DNA of 64,000 nt from an uncultured Gemmatimonadales bacterium (GTDB taxonomy: Bacteria > Gemmatimonadota > Gemmatimonadetes > Gemmatimonadales > JACORV01): NCBI GenBank assembly GCA_963806755.1, contig CAWDZR010000024.1, positions 12,091 to 76,090 of the forward strand, given 5' to 3'. The stretch's first letter is position 1. Each line of letters opens with the position of its first letter. Positions 18,544 to 28,694 of the stretch are shown here, piece by piece. A program made the position numbers and the translations under genes. The notes under the pieces were generated by a model. It searched no databases. It was not told the origin of the DNA and worked only from the letters and a program-made list of their open reading frames with translations.

Positions 18544-20676
18544 CTACGCCGTTCGGATCGCCGCGAGCACCCGCTCCGGCGTCATGGGCAGGTAATAGAC
18601 GCGCCCGCCGGTGGCGTCGAAGATCGCGTTGGCGATCACGGCCCCCATGGTGATGATCCCCGGCTCGCCGCCACCCTGCGTCCCCGGCTCGTCGTTCCTG
18701 AGCAGCGTCACCTCGATCTTCGGCACCCACGAGAACCGCGTGAACGCGTAGGTGTCGAAGTTGGCGTCGTCGATGCGGCCGCCGTCGAACCGGAGCCCTT
18801 CGCTGAGGGCGTAGCCGAGGCCCATCGCGATCGCGCCCTCGGTCTGCATCTTCGCGCCCTCGGGGTTCACGACGATCCCCATGTCCTGGGCGCAGACGAC
18901 GCGGGTGACCTTCACGGCCCCGGTCGCCCGGTCCACGGTCACGTCGGCGATGTGCACGACGTAGGTGCCGACGTCGCTGCCGCAGGCGATGCCCCGCCCG
19001 CTGCCGCTCCGCGCCGGGAACGGCCGCGCCTGCCAGCCGTACGCCTCCGCCGCGGCGTGCAGCACGCCGAGCAGGCGCGGATCCTTCGTGTTCCTGATCC
19101 GGAACTCCAGCGGGTCCATCCCCGCCGCCGCGGCCATCACGTCCATCTGCTGCTCGGCCGCGAAGCGGTTGCTGTTGGCGCCCGGCGCGCGCCACGGGCC
19201 GGTGGCGAACGGATGGTAGCTCTGGGTCCCGCGCGTGTCGCTCTGCTCGCCGAACGCGCGCACCCGCCGGTTGGGCACGTCGTAGATCACGTCGGAGCCG
19301 CGCGAGCCCGCCGCGTACACCGAGTAGTCCCACAGCTTCACGTTGCCGGCCGCGTCCGCCCCGGAGCGGACCTTGATCACCGCCGCGGGCCGGTAGGTGT
19401 CGAAGAAGAACTCCTCGGCGCGCGTGTACGCGACCATCACCGGCTTGCCGGCGGCCTGCGCCAGCCGCGCGGCCTCGACCACCTGGCCGCCCGAGCCCTT
19501 GCCGCCGAACCCGCCCCCCACGTACGGCGTGATGACGCGCACGTTCTGGAGCGGCACGTTGAGCGCGCGGGCCACCTGCCCCTGGTGCCCGAACGGCGAC
19601 TGCGTGGAGGCCCAGATCGTCACCTTGCCGTCCTGCCACTCCGCGACGGCCGTGTGCGGCTCCATCGGTGCGTGGGCGACGTAGGCGTTGTAGTACGTCG
19701 TGTCGAACGTCTTCGCCGACGCGGCGGCGCCCGCGTCGAGGTCGCCGCCCGAGTCCACGGTCTCGCTGCCGGGGGCGGCGTTCACGAGGTGGTCGTAGAT
19801 GGTGTCCGCGTTGACCGTGGCGGCCGGCACGTTCCACTCCGCCTTCACCGCGTCGAGCGCCCGCGCGGCCGTCTCCGGGTCGGGCGCCAGCACCGCCACC
19901 AGTCCGTCGTGGTTCACGACGGTGACGCCCGGCATGGCGGCGGCCGCAGACGTATCGAGGCTCTTCGGCGTGGCGCCGTGCGCCGGCGGGCGCACGATCC
20001 GCGCGTACACCATGCCCGGCCGGCGGATGTCGCCCGCGTACTTGGCGGCGCCGGTCACCTTGTCGCGCCCGTCCAGCCGCCGGGGCGACGTGCCCATCAC
20101 CTTGAACTCGCTCGCCGAGCGCAGCACCGCCTTCTCGTCCACGGTGTGCGTGATCGCCTTGCCCTGCGCCAGCTGGCCGAACGAGACGTGCCGGCGACGG
20201 TCGGCCGTCACGTACACGACGCCGTTCTCGACGGTGAGGGCATCCCGCGCCACGCCGAGCCGCCGCGCCGCCAGATCCGACAGCACCAGCCGCGCCTGCG
20301 CGGCCGCGGCCCGCACCGCGGGCCCGAAGAACCGCGTGGACATCGAACCCCAGGTGCCCGCGTCCCACGGGCAGGAAGCCGTGTCGCCCGCCACGACCGT
20401 GAAGGCGTCGAGCGGCGCCCCCAGCTCCTCGGCCGCCTCCTGGGCGAGCGAGGTCATGATGCCCTGCCCCATCTCGATCTTGCCCGAGTAGAGCGTGACC
20501 TTCCCGTCGGGCGCGATGTGGAGGTAGGCGTTGATGTCGGTGGGATAGGAGCGCCGGCCCTGCGCGTCGAGGTCTCCGCCGATGGCCGGCGCGCTCACCA
20601 GGATCAGGATCCCGCCGCCGAGGGCCTTCACGAAGCCGCGGCGGTCCATGCGGCTGATGCGGGCGAGGTCGGTCAT
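18544..20676 (-). CDS. Xanthine dehydrogenase family molybdopterin subunit (IorB-like)
   Basis: RRGFVK leader, EMGQG, KVTGAAKY, AHAPMEP, GGGFGGK, WRAPG and GGGEPG motifs. Confidence 0.9.
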   Translation of the reverse strand: MTDLARISRMDRRGFVKALGGGILILVSAPAIGGDLDAQGRRSYPTDINAYLHIAPDGKVTLYSGKIEMGQGIMTSLAQEAAEELGAPLDAFTVVAGDTASCPWDAGTWGSMSTRFFGPAVRAAAAQARLVLSDLAARRLGVARDALTVENGVVYVTADRRRHVSFGQLAQGKAITHTVDEKAVLRSASEFKVMGTSPRRLDGRDKVTGAAKYAGDIRRPGMVYARIVRPPAHGATPKSLDTSAAAAMPGVTVVNHDGLVAVLAPDPETAARALDAVKAEWNVPAATVNADTIYDHLVNAAPGSETVDSGGDLDAGAAASAKTFDTTYYNAYVAHAPMEPHTAVAEWQDGKVTIWASTQSPFGHQGQVARALNVPLQNVRVITPYVGGGFGGKGSGGQVVEAARLAQAAGKPVMVAYTRAEEFFFDTYRPAAVIKVRSGADAAGNVKLWDYSVYAAGSRGSDVIYDVPNRRVRAFGEQSDTRGTQSYHPFATGPWRAPGANSNRFAAEQQMDVMAAAAGMDPLEFRIRNTKDPRLLGVLHAAAEAYGWQARPFPARSGSGRGIACGSDVGTYVVHIADVTVDRATGAVKVTRVVCAQDMGIVVNPEGAKMQTEGAIAMGLGYALSEGLRFDGGRIDDANFDTYAFTRFSWVPKIEVTLLRNDEPGTQGGGEPGIITMGAVIANAIFDATGGRVYYLPMTPERVLAAIRTA

Positions 20677-21146
20677 GGCCGGCCTCCCTGCCCCGCGACC
20701 GACTCGATCGCGGCGACGATCCGCTGGTGCGCGCCGCAGCGGCACAGGTTCCCCTCCATCCCCGCGATGATCTGCTCGTGCGTCGCGTGGGGATGCTCGT
20801 GCAGCAGGCCGACCGCGTTCATGATCATCCCCGACGTGCAGTAGCCGCACTGATAGCCGCCGTGGTCGAGGAACGCCTCCTGCACCGGGTGCAGCTTGCC
20901 TGCCTGCTCGAGGCCCTCGATCGTGGTGACCTGCTTGCCGCGCACGGACGCCAGGTCGGTCACGCACGAGCGGACGGCCTCGCCGTCCACCACCACGGTG
21001 CAGGCGCCGCACAGCCCCATGCCGCACCCGTACTTCGAGCCGGTCAGCTCGAGGTCGGTGCGCAGGGCCCACAGCAGCATGCGCGACGGATCGGTGGTGA
21101 GCGAGACCGGTTTGCCGTTGAGGGTGAAGCGGATCGTTTCGCTCAT
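20673..21146 (-). CDS. (2Fe-2S)-binding subunit (IorA-like)
   Basis: GSKYGCGMGLCGACTV, QCGYCTSG and NLCRCG motifs. Confidence 0.92.
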   Translation of the reverse strand: MSETIRFTLNGKPVSLTTDPSRMLLWALRTDLELTGSKYGCGMGLCGACTVVVDGEAVRSCVTDLASVRGKQVTTIEGLEQAGKLHPVQEAFLDHGGYQCGYCTSGMIMNAVGLLHEHPHATHEQIIAGMEGNLCRCGAHQRIVAAIESVAGQGGRP

Positions 21147-21374
21147 CGGTTCCTGCCTGGTGGCGGGTCGAGTCGGAGGGGTCGGCGCGCGTCCGCCGGC
21201 CGTTGGAGCTACCCGCGCCCCGGCCCGGGGGTTCCGGCGCCACGCCGTAGAAAGGCCGGGGCCGGCGGGGGTGTCAAGGGCGGGGGCGCGCGGCGGTGGC
21301 CCGCGATATGCGCCGGAGGGGGCGAGTACGGACCGCGACGATTCGCGGCACCTTCGACGCGCTCGGGCTTCCGC

Positions 21375-24056
21375 ATGGACGTGCACAACCTCGGTCGCAT
21401 CTTCGATCCCGCCCGCATCGCCCTCGTCGGCGTCACGCAGAACCCCAACAGCGTGGGCGGCAAGGTGCTCGCCAACCTCGTCGGCGGCGGCTTCCGGGGC
21501 GTGGTGTACCCGGTCAACGCCGACGCCGAGGCGGTGCTCGGCGTGCCGTGCTATCCGGACGTGGCCCGGCTGCCGCACGCCCCCGACCTCGCCGTCATCT
21601 GCTCGCCGGCCGAGGAGGTGCCGGCCCGGGTGCTCGCGTGCGGCGACGCCGGCATCCGCGGGGTCATCGTCATGTCGGCCGGGTTCAGGGAGACCGGCGC
21701 GGCCGGCCGCAAGCTCGAGGAGGAGATCCGGGCCGCGCAGGCCCGCTTCGAGGGCATGCGCATCATCGGTCCCAACTGCCTCGGCATCGTGGTGCCGCGC
21801 CTCAACCTCAACGCCACCTTCGCACCGGCGCTGCCGCGGGACGGCGACATCGCGTTCATCTCGCAGTCGGGCGCGCTGTGCGCCTCGGTGCTCGACTGGG
21901 CGCTGGAGCAGCACGTCGGGTTCTCGCACTTCGTCTCGATCGGGAACAGCCTCGACGTCGGGTTCGGGGACCTGATCGACTACTTCGGCGAGGACGAGCA
22001 CACCCGGTCCATCATCCTCTACGTCGAGTCCATCGGCGACGCGCGCGGCTTCATGACGGCGGCGCGGGCCTACGCGCGGCAGAAGCCGATCATCGCCTTC
22101 AAGGCGGGCCGGTTCCCGGCCTCCGCGCAGGCCGCCGCCTCGCACACCGGCGCCATGGCCTCCGAGGACGCGGTGTACGACGCCGCGTTCCAGCGCACCG
22201 GCGTCGCCCGCGTCTCCGACCTCGCCGACATCTTCGACTGCGCCGCGCTCATCGGGCGCGGCCGGGTGCCCGGCGGGCCGCGGCTCGCGATCGTGACCAA
22301 CGCCGGCGGGCCGGGCGTGATCGCGACCGACGCGCTGATCGCGCAGCAGGGCGTGCTCGCGCCCCTGGCGCCGGAGACGATGCAGCAGCTCGACGAGGAG
22401 CTGCCGCCGGCGTGGTCGCACGGCAACCCCGTGGACGTGCTGGGCGACGCCAACTCCAAGCGCATCGAGAAGGCGGTGCGCAGCGTGCTGGCCGACCGCG
22501 GCGTGGACGCCGTGCTCGCCATCGTCACGCCCCAGGCGATGACCAACCCCACCGCCACCGCCCGTGTCCTCGGCAAGCTCGCGGCGGAGAGCCGCAAGCC
22601 GCTGCTGGCGGCGTGGCTGGGCGGGCGCGCGATGCGCGACGGGCTCCCCATCCTCGCCGAAGCGGGGGTCGCCGCCTATCCGACGCCGGAGCAGGCGGTG
22701 CGCGCCTTCATGACGCTGGTGGGGTACGCGCGCAACCTGGAGACGCTCTACGAGACGCCCAAGGACGTGGCGATCCAGCTCCCTTACGACCGCGCGGCGG
22801 CCAAGCGCCGCTTCGCGGCCGAGCGCCTCGGCGGGAGCGACGTGCTGAGCGAGGAGGTGTCGAAGGAGCTGCTGGCGTCCTACGGCATTCCGGTGACGCG
22901 GCCGTTGGCGGCGGCCAGCGCCGAGGAGGCGGTCGCGCTCGCCGAGCGGATCGGCTACCCGGTGGTGCTCAAGGTCCGCTCGCCCGACATCACGCACAAG
23001 ACGGACGTGGGCGGCGTCGCGCTCGACCTCGCGGGCCCGGACTCCGTCCTCGCGGCCTACCACCAGATCGTGCGTAGCGCGCACGCGCGCCGGCCCGACG
23101 CGCGCCTCGAGGGCGTCACCGTGCAGCCGATGGTCCAGGCCCGGGACGCGATCGAGCTGATCCTCGGCGTCCGCAAGGACCCCGTCTTCGGCACGGTGAT
23201 CATGGCCGGGATGGGCGGCGTGACCGCCGAGCTGCTGGGCGAGCGCAGCATCGCGTTCCCGCCCCTGAACGAGCGGCTCGCCCGACGGATGCTCGAGTCG
23301 CTCAAGACCTGGCCGCTGTTCACCGGGTACCGCGGCCGGCGTCCGATCAAGCTCGACGCCCTCGTCGAGACGCTGATCCGGCTCTCCTACCTCGCGGCCG
23401 ACTGGCCCGAGATCACGGAGCTGGACGTCAACCCGCTCATCTGCACGCCGGAAGAGGTGGTGGCCGTGGACGCGCGGGTCGTGGTGGACCGCGCGCTGGT
23501 GGGCGCGGCGGCGGAGCCCTACGCCCACCTCGCCCTGCGGCCGTACCCGGAGAAGCTGGTCCGGCGGATCACGCTCCCGGACGGCACCGCGGTGACGCTG
23601 CGGCCGATCAAGCCCGAGGACGAGCCGCTGTGGCTCGCGATGCTGCGCAGCTGCTCGAAGGAGACGATCTACTCGCGGTTCCGCTACCTGTTCGACTGGT
23701 CCACGCACGAGGTCGCCACCCGCTACTGCTACATCGACTACGCGCGCGAGATCGCCATCGTCGCCGAGACCGGCGCCGACGCGGAGCGCGCGCTGATCGG
23801 CGTGGGCCGCCTGGTCGCCGACCCCGGGCACGAGGAGGGCGAGTACGCGGTGCTGGTCGTGGACGCGTTCCAGGGCAAGGAGCTCGGCGGCATCCTGACC
23901 GACACCTGCCTCGAGATCGCCCGCGGCTGGAAGCTGAAGCGCGTGGTGGCCCAGACCACCACCGACAACCACCCGATGATCGCCGTGTTCGAGCACCGCG
24001 GCTTCACCGTCGAGCAGGGCGAGGATTCGGCCGTGGAGGTGTCGAAGGCGCTGTAG
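21375..24056 (+). CDS. ADP-forming acyl-CoA ligase family protein fused to C-terminal GNAT (Pat/YfiQ-type)
   Basis: GPNCLG, SQSGA, AASHTGAMA, TNAGGPG, NPVDVLGDA, THKTDVGGV and RPIKPEDE GNAT domain. Confidence 0.9.
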   Translation: MDVHNLGRIFDPARIALVGVTQNPNSVGGKVLANLVGGGFRGVVYPVNADAEAVLGVPCYPDVARLPHAPDLAVICSPAEEVPARVLACGDAGIRGVIVMSAGFRETGAAGRKLEEEIRAAQARFEGMRIIGPNCLGIVVPRLNLNATFAPALPRDGDIAFISQSGALCASVLDWALEQHVGFSHFVSIGNSLDVGFGDLIDYFGEDEHTRSIILYVESIGDARGFMTAARAYARQKPIIAFKAGRFPASAQAAASHTGAMASEDAVYDAAFQRTGVARVSDLADIFDCAALIGRGRVPGGPRLAIVTNAGGPGVIATDALIAQQGVLAPLAPETMQQLDEELPPAWSHGNPVDVLGDANSKRIEKAVRSVLADRGVDAVLAIVTPQAMTNPTATARVLGKLAAESRKPLLAAWLGGRAMRDGLPILAEAGVAAYPTPEQAVRAFMTLVGYARNLETLYETPKDVAIQLPYDRAAAKRRFAAERLGGSDVLSEEVSKELLASYGIPVTRPLAAASAEEAVALAERIGYPVVLKVRSPDITHKTDVGGVALDLAGPDSVLAAYHQIVRSAHARRPDARLEGVTVQPMVQARDAIELILGVRKDPVFGTVIMAGMGGVTAELLGERSIAFPPLNERLARRMLESLKTWPLFTGYRGRRPIKLDALVETLIRLSYLAADWPEITELDVNPLICTPEEVVAVDARVVVDRALVGAAAEPYAHLALRPYPEKLVRRITLPDGTAVTLRPIKPEDEPLWLAMLRSCSKETIYSRFRYLFDWSTHEVATRYCYIDYAREIAIVAETGADAERALIGVGRLVADPGHEEGEYAVLVVDAFQGKELGGILTDTCLEIARGWKLKRVVAQTTTDNHPMIAVFEHRGFTVEQGEDSAVEVSKAL

Positions 24057-24131
24057 ACCGGGACAGCCCGCCCGGCCAAGCTCTCTGGCAATTCCTACCG
24101 AGACAGTCCGATATCCCCCGCCTCGCCCGCC

Positions 24132-24178
24132 TTGACAATCCCGACTACGAGTTCAAAAATTGAACGGTGTTCAAATTT
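24132..24178 (+). promoter_or_regulatory. Promoter with overlapping TetR-like operators
   Basis: TTGACA at 24132; inverted repeats GTTCAA-aaa-TTGAAC (24151-24165) and TTGAAC-ggt-GTTCAA (24160-24174). Confidence 0.7.
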
Positions 24179-24196
24179 CTGAAGGGAGCGGCGCCC

Positions 24197-24814
24197 GTGT
24201 CCGACGGCAGCCCGGCCTCGCTTACCCGCTCGCCCCGCATCCGGGCGAAGCGCGACCGGCGGCGCAAGGAGATCCTCCACGCCGCGCTGCGCGCCTTCCG
24301 CGAGCAGGGCTATCACGGCACCACGCTCGACGACATCGCCGAGCGGTTCGGCGTCCGGAAGACCGCCCTCTACCACTATTTCCCCGACAAGGAAGCGATC
24401 CTGTACGCCTGCCATCAGGAGTCGCTGGCGGAGCTGGACCGCATCATCCGCGGCTCGCGCGGCCAGGAGACGGCCGGCGCGCGGCTCGCGTACGTGATTC
24501 GCGAGCACGTGAAGGTCATGACCGACACCCTGGAGGGCTCGCCGCTCGCCTTCGAGGTCACCGCCCTCTCGGCGGAGCGGCAGCGGGCCGTCATCGCCGG
24601 CCGCGACCGCTACGAGCGGGCGCTGCGGCGCATCATCGCCCAGGGGGTGGCCGACCACGAGTTCCGGAAGCTGAACCCGAAGATCGCCGTGTTCGCGATC
24701 CTCGGCTCCATCAACTGGATCTCGCGCTGGTACCGCCCCGAGGGCGCCCTGCACGCCGACGAGCTGGGCCGCGAATTCGCCGAGCACCTGGTCGGGGGCC
24801 TGACGTGCGGCTGA
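24197..24814 (+). CDS. TetR family regulator (KstR2-like C-terminus)
   Basis: [32 protein letters not shown]; [11 protein letters not shown]; GAAGGGAG RBS before GTG 24197. Confidence 0.9.
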   Translation: MSDGSPASLTRSPRIRAKRDRRRKEILHAALRAFREQGYHGTTLDDIAERFGVRKTALYHYFPDKEAILYACHQESLAELDRIIRGSRGQETAGARLAYVIREHVKVMTDTLEGSPLAFEVTALSAERQRAVIAGRDRYERALRRIIAQGVADHEFRKLNPKIAVFAILGSINWISRWYRPEGALHADELGREFAEHLVGGLTCG

Positions 24815-24823
24815 GCGTCGGTA

Positions 24824-24863
24824 CCCCTGTGCCCGCGTGCCCCCGTGCCCCTGTGCCCGCGTG
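24824..24863. repeat. Octamer (CCCC[TC]GTG)n tandem
   Basis: 5 degenerate copies between tetR and had. Confidence 0.75.
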
Positions 24864-25907
24864 CTAGCTCTGCAGCTCGTCGCTCCCGGCACGATCGAGC
24901 TGCGCGAGGTGCCGCGCCCCTCCCCCGCCGCGGGCGAGGTGTTGGTGCGCGTCGCGGGCTGCGGCGTCTGCCACACCGACATCGGCTTCTGGAAGGACGG
25001 GGTCGGCACGCGCAAGCCGCTCCCCCTCACCCTCGGCCACGAGGTGAGCGGCAGCGTCGTCGAGGCGGGCGCGGAGTTCCGGCACCTGGTGGGCCGCGAG
25101 GTGATCGTGCCGGCCGTCATCCCCTGCGGGTCGTGCGACCTGTGCCGCCAAGGCCGCGGCAACGTCTGCCGCAAACAGGTGATGCCGGGCAACGACATCG
25201 ACGGCGGGTTCGCGGAGTTCGTCGCCGTGCCCGGCCGCGGCCTCTGCATCGTCGGCCGCCGGGGGCCCTACGCCCTGGCCGACCTCAGCGTGGTGGCCGA
25301 CGCGGTGACGACCCCCTACCAGGCGGTGGCGCGGAGCGGGCTCGCCGCCGGCGAGCTGGCGATCGTCGTCGGCGTGGGCGGCGTCGGCGGCTACGCGGTG
25401 CAGGTGGCCTCCGCCTTCGGCGCCCACGTCGTGGCGCTCGACGTGGACGACGCGCGCCTCGAGGCGATCGCGGTGCACGGCGCCGGCCTCACCGTGAACT
25501 CCGCCACGACGGACTTCAAGGACCTGCGCGGCCGGGTGCGCGACTTCGCGAAAGCGCGTGGCTGCGCCGAGACCGGCTGGAAGATCTTCGAGTGCTCCGG
25601 CCATCCCGGCGGGCAGGAGACGGCGTGGGGACTGCTCACGCACGCCGCCACGCTGATGGTGGTCGGCTTCACCATGGCCAAGGTGGCGCTGCGCCTCAGC
25701 AACGCGATGGCCTTCGACGCCACGATCCAGGGGACGTGGGGGTGCCGGCCGGAGCTGTACCCCGCCGCCCTGGAGCTGGTGACCGGCGGGCGCGTGACGC
25801 TCTCGTCCTTCATCGAGCGGCATCCCCTCGCCGACGGCCTGGCGGTGCTCGAGGCCGTCGCGGCACACCGCCTCACCCGGCGCGCCATCCTGACGCCCGG
25901 CGCCTGA
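24861..25907 (+). CDS. had: 6-hydroxycyclohex-1-ene-1-carbonyl-CoA dehydrogenase
   Basis: [53 protein letters not shown] and WGCRPELYP motifs. Confidence 0.88.
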   Translation: MLALQLVAPGTIELREVPRPSPAAGEVLVRVAGCGVCHTDIGFWKDGVGTRKPLPLTLGHEVSGSVVEAGAEFRHLVGREVIVPAVIPCGSCDLCRQGRGNVCRKQVMPGNDIDGGFAEFVAVPGRGLCIVGRRGPYALADLSVVADAVTTPYQAVARSGLAAGELAIVVGVGGVGGYAVQVASAFGAHVVALDVDDARLEAIAVHGAGLTVNSATTDFKDLRGRVRDFAKARGCAETGWKIFECSGHPGGQETAWGLLTHAATLMVVGFTMAKVALRLSNAMAFDATIQGTWGCRPELYPAALELVTGGRVTLSSFIERHPLADGLAVLEAVAAHRLTRRAILTPGA

Positions 25908-25968
25908 ACACCCTAGTCCCTAACCCCTAGCCCCTAACCCCACCCGCCACCCGCCCGGATCTCAGCCC

Positions 25969-27060
25969 ATGAAATCCCACACCCTCGTTGACGACTATGC
26001 CTATCGGCTGATCCGCTACGACCTCAAGCCCGCGCGCGACGCGGCCGGCGCCGAGGTGCCCGGGCTCTGCAACGCCTGGATCGCGCTCGACAACCCGGCG
26101 CAGCTCAACAGCTACACGACCGACACGGTGAAGGAGCTGATCCTCGCTTTCCGGCAGGCTTCGATGGACCGGAGCGTGGTGGCGGTGGTGTTCACCGCGA
26201 CGGGCGACAAGGCGTTCTGCACCGGCGGCAACACCAAGGAGTACGCCGAGTGCTACGCCGGGAACCCACAGGAATACAAGCAGTACATGCGGCTGTTCAA
26301 CGACATGATCGACGCCATCCTGCGCTGCGACAAGCCGGTCATCAACCGCGTCAACGGGCTCCGGATCGCCGGCGGGCAGGAGATCGGCATGGCGTGCGAT
26401 TTCACCATCGCGGTGGACACCGCGCGCTTCGGGCAGGCGGGGCCCAAGCACGGCTCCGCGCCCGACGGCGGCTCGACCGACTTCCTCCCCCTCTACGTGG
26501 GATTCGCCCGCGCGGTCGAGAGCGCGGTGCTGTGCGAGACGTGGAGCGCGGCGAAGGCGCAGCACATCGGCCTTCTCAACCAGGTCGTGCCCGCGCTGAA
26601 GCTGGACGGGCGCTGGATCCCGAACCCGCTGGTGGTGACCGACCGGTTCGTGGACGAATTCGGGGCGATCGTCTACGGCGACTGGAAGACGGGCGCCGAG
26701 GCCGAGGCCGCGAAGGCGGTGCTGGCGCGGGCGACCATCGACCTCGCGAAGCTCGACGAGGCCGTCGAGGCGTTGTGCACCAAGCTGCTCTACCTCATGC
26801 CCGATTGCACCGCCAAGACGCTCTCGAGCCTCCGCAAGCACAAGACGCGGCCGTGGGACGAGGCCAGCGCGACCAACCGCGAGTGGCTCGCGCTCAACAT
26901 GATGACGGAGGCGAAGGCCGGCTTCCGCGCCTTCAACGAGGGCCCCAAGGGGCACCGCGAAGTGGATTTCATCCGGCTCCGCCAGCTGTTGGCCGAGGGG
27001 CACCCGTGGGACGACGAGCTGGTCCGGGCGATCTCGCCCCAGTGCCAGGTGGTGGCCTGA
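25969..27060 (+). CDS. oah: 6-oxocyclohex-1-ene-1-carbonyl-CoA hydrolase
   Basis: FCTGGNTKEYAECYAGNPQEYKQYMRLFNDM, QAGPKHGSAP and LALNMMTEA motifs. Confidence 0.93.
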   Translation: MKSHTLVDDYAYRLIRYDLKPARDAAGAEVPGLCNAWIALDNPAQLNSYTTDTVKELILAFRQASMDRSVVAVVFTATGDKAFCTGGNTKEYAECYAGNPQEYKQYMRLFNDMIDAILRCDKPVINRVNGLRIAGGQEIGMACDFTIAVDTARFGQAGPKHGSAPDGGSTDFLPLYVGFARAVESAVLCETWSAAKAQHIGLLNQVVPALKLDGRWIPNPLVVTDRFVDEFGAIVYGDWKTGAEAEAAKAVLARATIDLAKLDEAVEALCTKLLYLMPDCTAKTLSSLRKHKTRPWDEASATNREWLALNMMTEAKAGFRAFNEGPKGHREVDFIRLRQLLAEGHPWDDELVRAISPQCQVVA

Positions 27061-27809
27061 TGGACCTCGAGCTGAAGGACCAGGCCGCGATCGTCACCGG
27101 TGGCCGGAGCGGCATCGGCGCGGCGATCGCGAAGGCGCTCGCCCATGAGGGTTGCGACGTCGCGGTGGTGGACCGTGTGGTGGACGACCATGCGCGCGAG
27201 GTGGCACGCGGGATCGAGGCCGCGGGCCGGCGCGCGCTGCTGCTCGAGGCCGACGTGCGCGACTTCGCCGCGGCCGAAACGGTGGTCGGGAGCGTGACGA
27301 AGGCGTTCGGCCGCCTCGACATCGTCGTCGGCAATGCCGGCACGACCGCCGACGCGTTCAGCTGGAAAATGTCCGAAGACCAGTGGGATACCGTCCTCGA
27401 CGTGAACCTCAAGGGGTGTTTCGCGTACGCGCGCGCCGCGGCGCCGGTGCTGCGGGAGCGCCACCATGGCCGGATCGTGTTCATCGCCTCGATCAACGGG
27501 CTGCGCGGCAAGGCCGGCCAGGCCAACTACGCGGCCTCGAAGGCGGGCGTCATCGCGCTGGGCAAGACCCTCGCCCGCGAGCTGGGGCGCTCCAACGTGA
27601 CGGTGAACATCGTCGCTCCCGGGATGGTGCGCACGGGCATGACCGACGCGCTGCCGGGCGAAGTGGTCCAGCGCGCCGTGGACGAAACCGTGCTCGGCAG
27701 GATCGCGACCCCCGAGGACATCGCCGACGCGGTCGTGTTTCTCTGCTCGGAGCGCGCGCGGCACGTCACCGGGGCCGTGCTCCGGGTGGATGGCGGGCAG
27801 GATATCTGA
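27060..27809 (+). CDS. SDR family oxidoreductase (FabG-like)
   Basis: TGGRSGIG, NAG, YAASK and VDGG; ATG overlaps the oah stop. Confidence 0.88.
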   Translation: MDLELKDQAAIVTGGRSGIGAAIAKALAHEGCDVAVVDRVVDDHAREVARGIEAAGRRALLLEADVRDFAAAETVVGSVTKAFGRLDIVVGNAGTTADAFSWKMSEDQWDTVLDVNLKGCFAYARAAAPVLRERHHGRIVFIASINGLRGKAGQANYAASKAGVIALGKTLARELGRSNVTVNIVAPGMVRTGMTDALPGEVVQRAVDETVLGRIATPEDIADAVVFLCSERARHVTGAVLRVDGGQDI

Positions 27810-27814
27810 CGGGA

Positions 27815-27912
27815 AGGTGATGAGGTGATGAAGGTGATGAAGGTGAGGAGGTCAGAGGTGAGAAGTGAGAGGCGAGAAGTGAGAAGTGAGACGTCACGGT
27901 GAGAGGTGAGAG
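27815..27912. repeat. Nonamer (AGGTGATGA)n followed by heptamer (GTGAGAR)n tandems
   Basis: Read directly in the SDR-dch intergenic region. Confidence 0.8.
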
Positions 27913-27920
27913 GGACAACC

Positions 27921-28694
27921 ATGAGCAACAGTGAGCACGTCGCGAGCACGACCGAGAACGGCATCGCCAGGGTGACGCTGAGCCATCCGCCCCTGAACAT
28001 CCTGACCCGGGAGCTGCTGGCGGAGCTGCGCGGCCAGCTCAACGCCCTGGCGGCCGATGCCACACTCCGCGTCGTGGTGCTCGGCGCCGAGGGCAAGCAC
28101 TTCTCGGCCGGCGCCGACGTCGGCGAGCACCTGCCTCCCGCCTGGAAGGGCATGGTCCCCGAATTCCTCGAGACCATCGTGGCGCTCAGGGCCTTCCCGC
28201 TGCCGCTCATCGCGGCCGTGCGCGGCCGGTGCCTGGGTGGCGGCTTCGAGCTGGTGCAGGGCGTGGACCTCGTGGTGGCGGGCGAGGGCGCGTCGTTCGG
28301 CCAGCCCGAGATCGTGCTCGGCGTCGTCGCGCCCGCGGCCTGCGCACTCCTGCCCTCGCTCGCCGGCCAGGCGCGCGCCGCCGAGATCCTGTTCACCGGC
28401 GACCCGATGACCGCCGCCGAGGCGCGGGACGCCGGGCTGGTCTCGCGCGTGGTGCCGGACGACGCGGTGGACGCCGAGGCCCTCGCGCTCGCCCGGCGGA
28501 TCGCGCGCCACAGCGCGGCGGCGCTGCGGGTGGCCAAGCGCACGCTGCGCTCGCCCGCGCGGGAACGCGCCGAGGGCGAAGCGCTGGCCGCGGCGGGGCG
28601 GCACTACGCCCGCGACCTGATGCACACCGCCGACGCGACCGAGGGCCTGACGGCCTTCGTCGAGAAGCGGACCCCCGTGTGGTCGCACCGGTGA
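27921..28694 (+). CDS. dch: Cyclohexa-1,5-diene-1-carbonyl-CoA hydratase
   Basis: Crotonase with PPLNIL, HFSAGADVGEH, CLGGGFEL and QPEIVLGVVAPAA in benzoyl-CoA context. Confidence 0.8.
   Translation: MSNSEHVASTTENGIARVTLSHPPLNILTRELLAELRGQLNALAADATLRVVVLGAEGKHFSAGADVGEHLPPAWKGMVPEFLETIVALRAFPLPLIAAVRGRCLGGGFELVQGVDLVVAGEGASFGQPEIVLGVVAPAACALLPSLAGQARAAEILFTGDPMTAAEARDAGLVSRVVPDDAVDAEALALARRIARHSAAALRVAKRTLRSPARERAEGEALAAAGRHYARDLMHTADATEGLTAFVEKRTPVWSHR

Noticed and set aside
20673-23996. Apparent 1107-aa protein ending in a 2Fe-2S domain
   Set aside because: The upstream part is the antisense of the ligase-GNAT gene; the real gene starts at 21146 with an AGGA RBS
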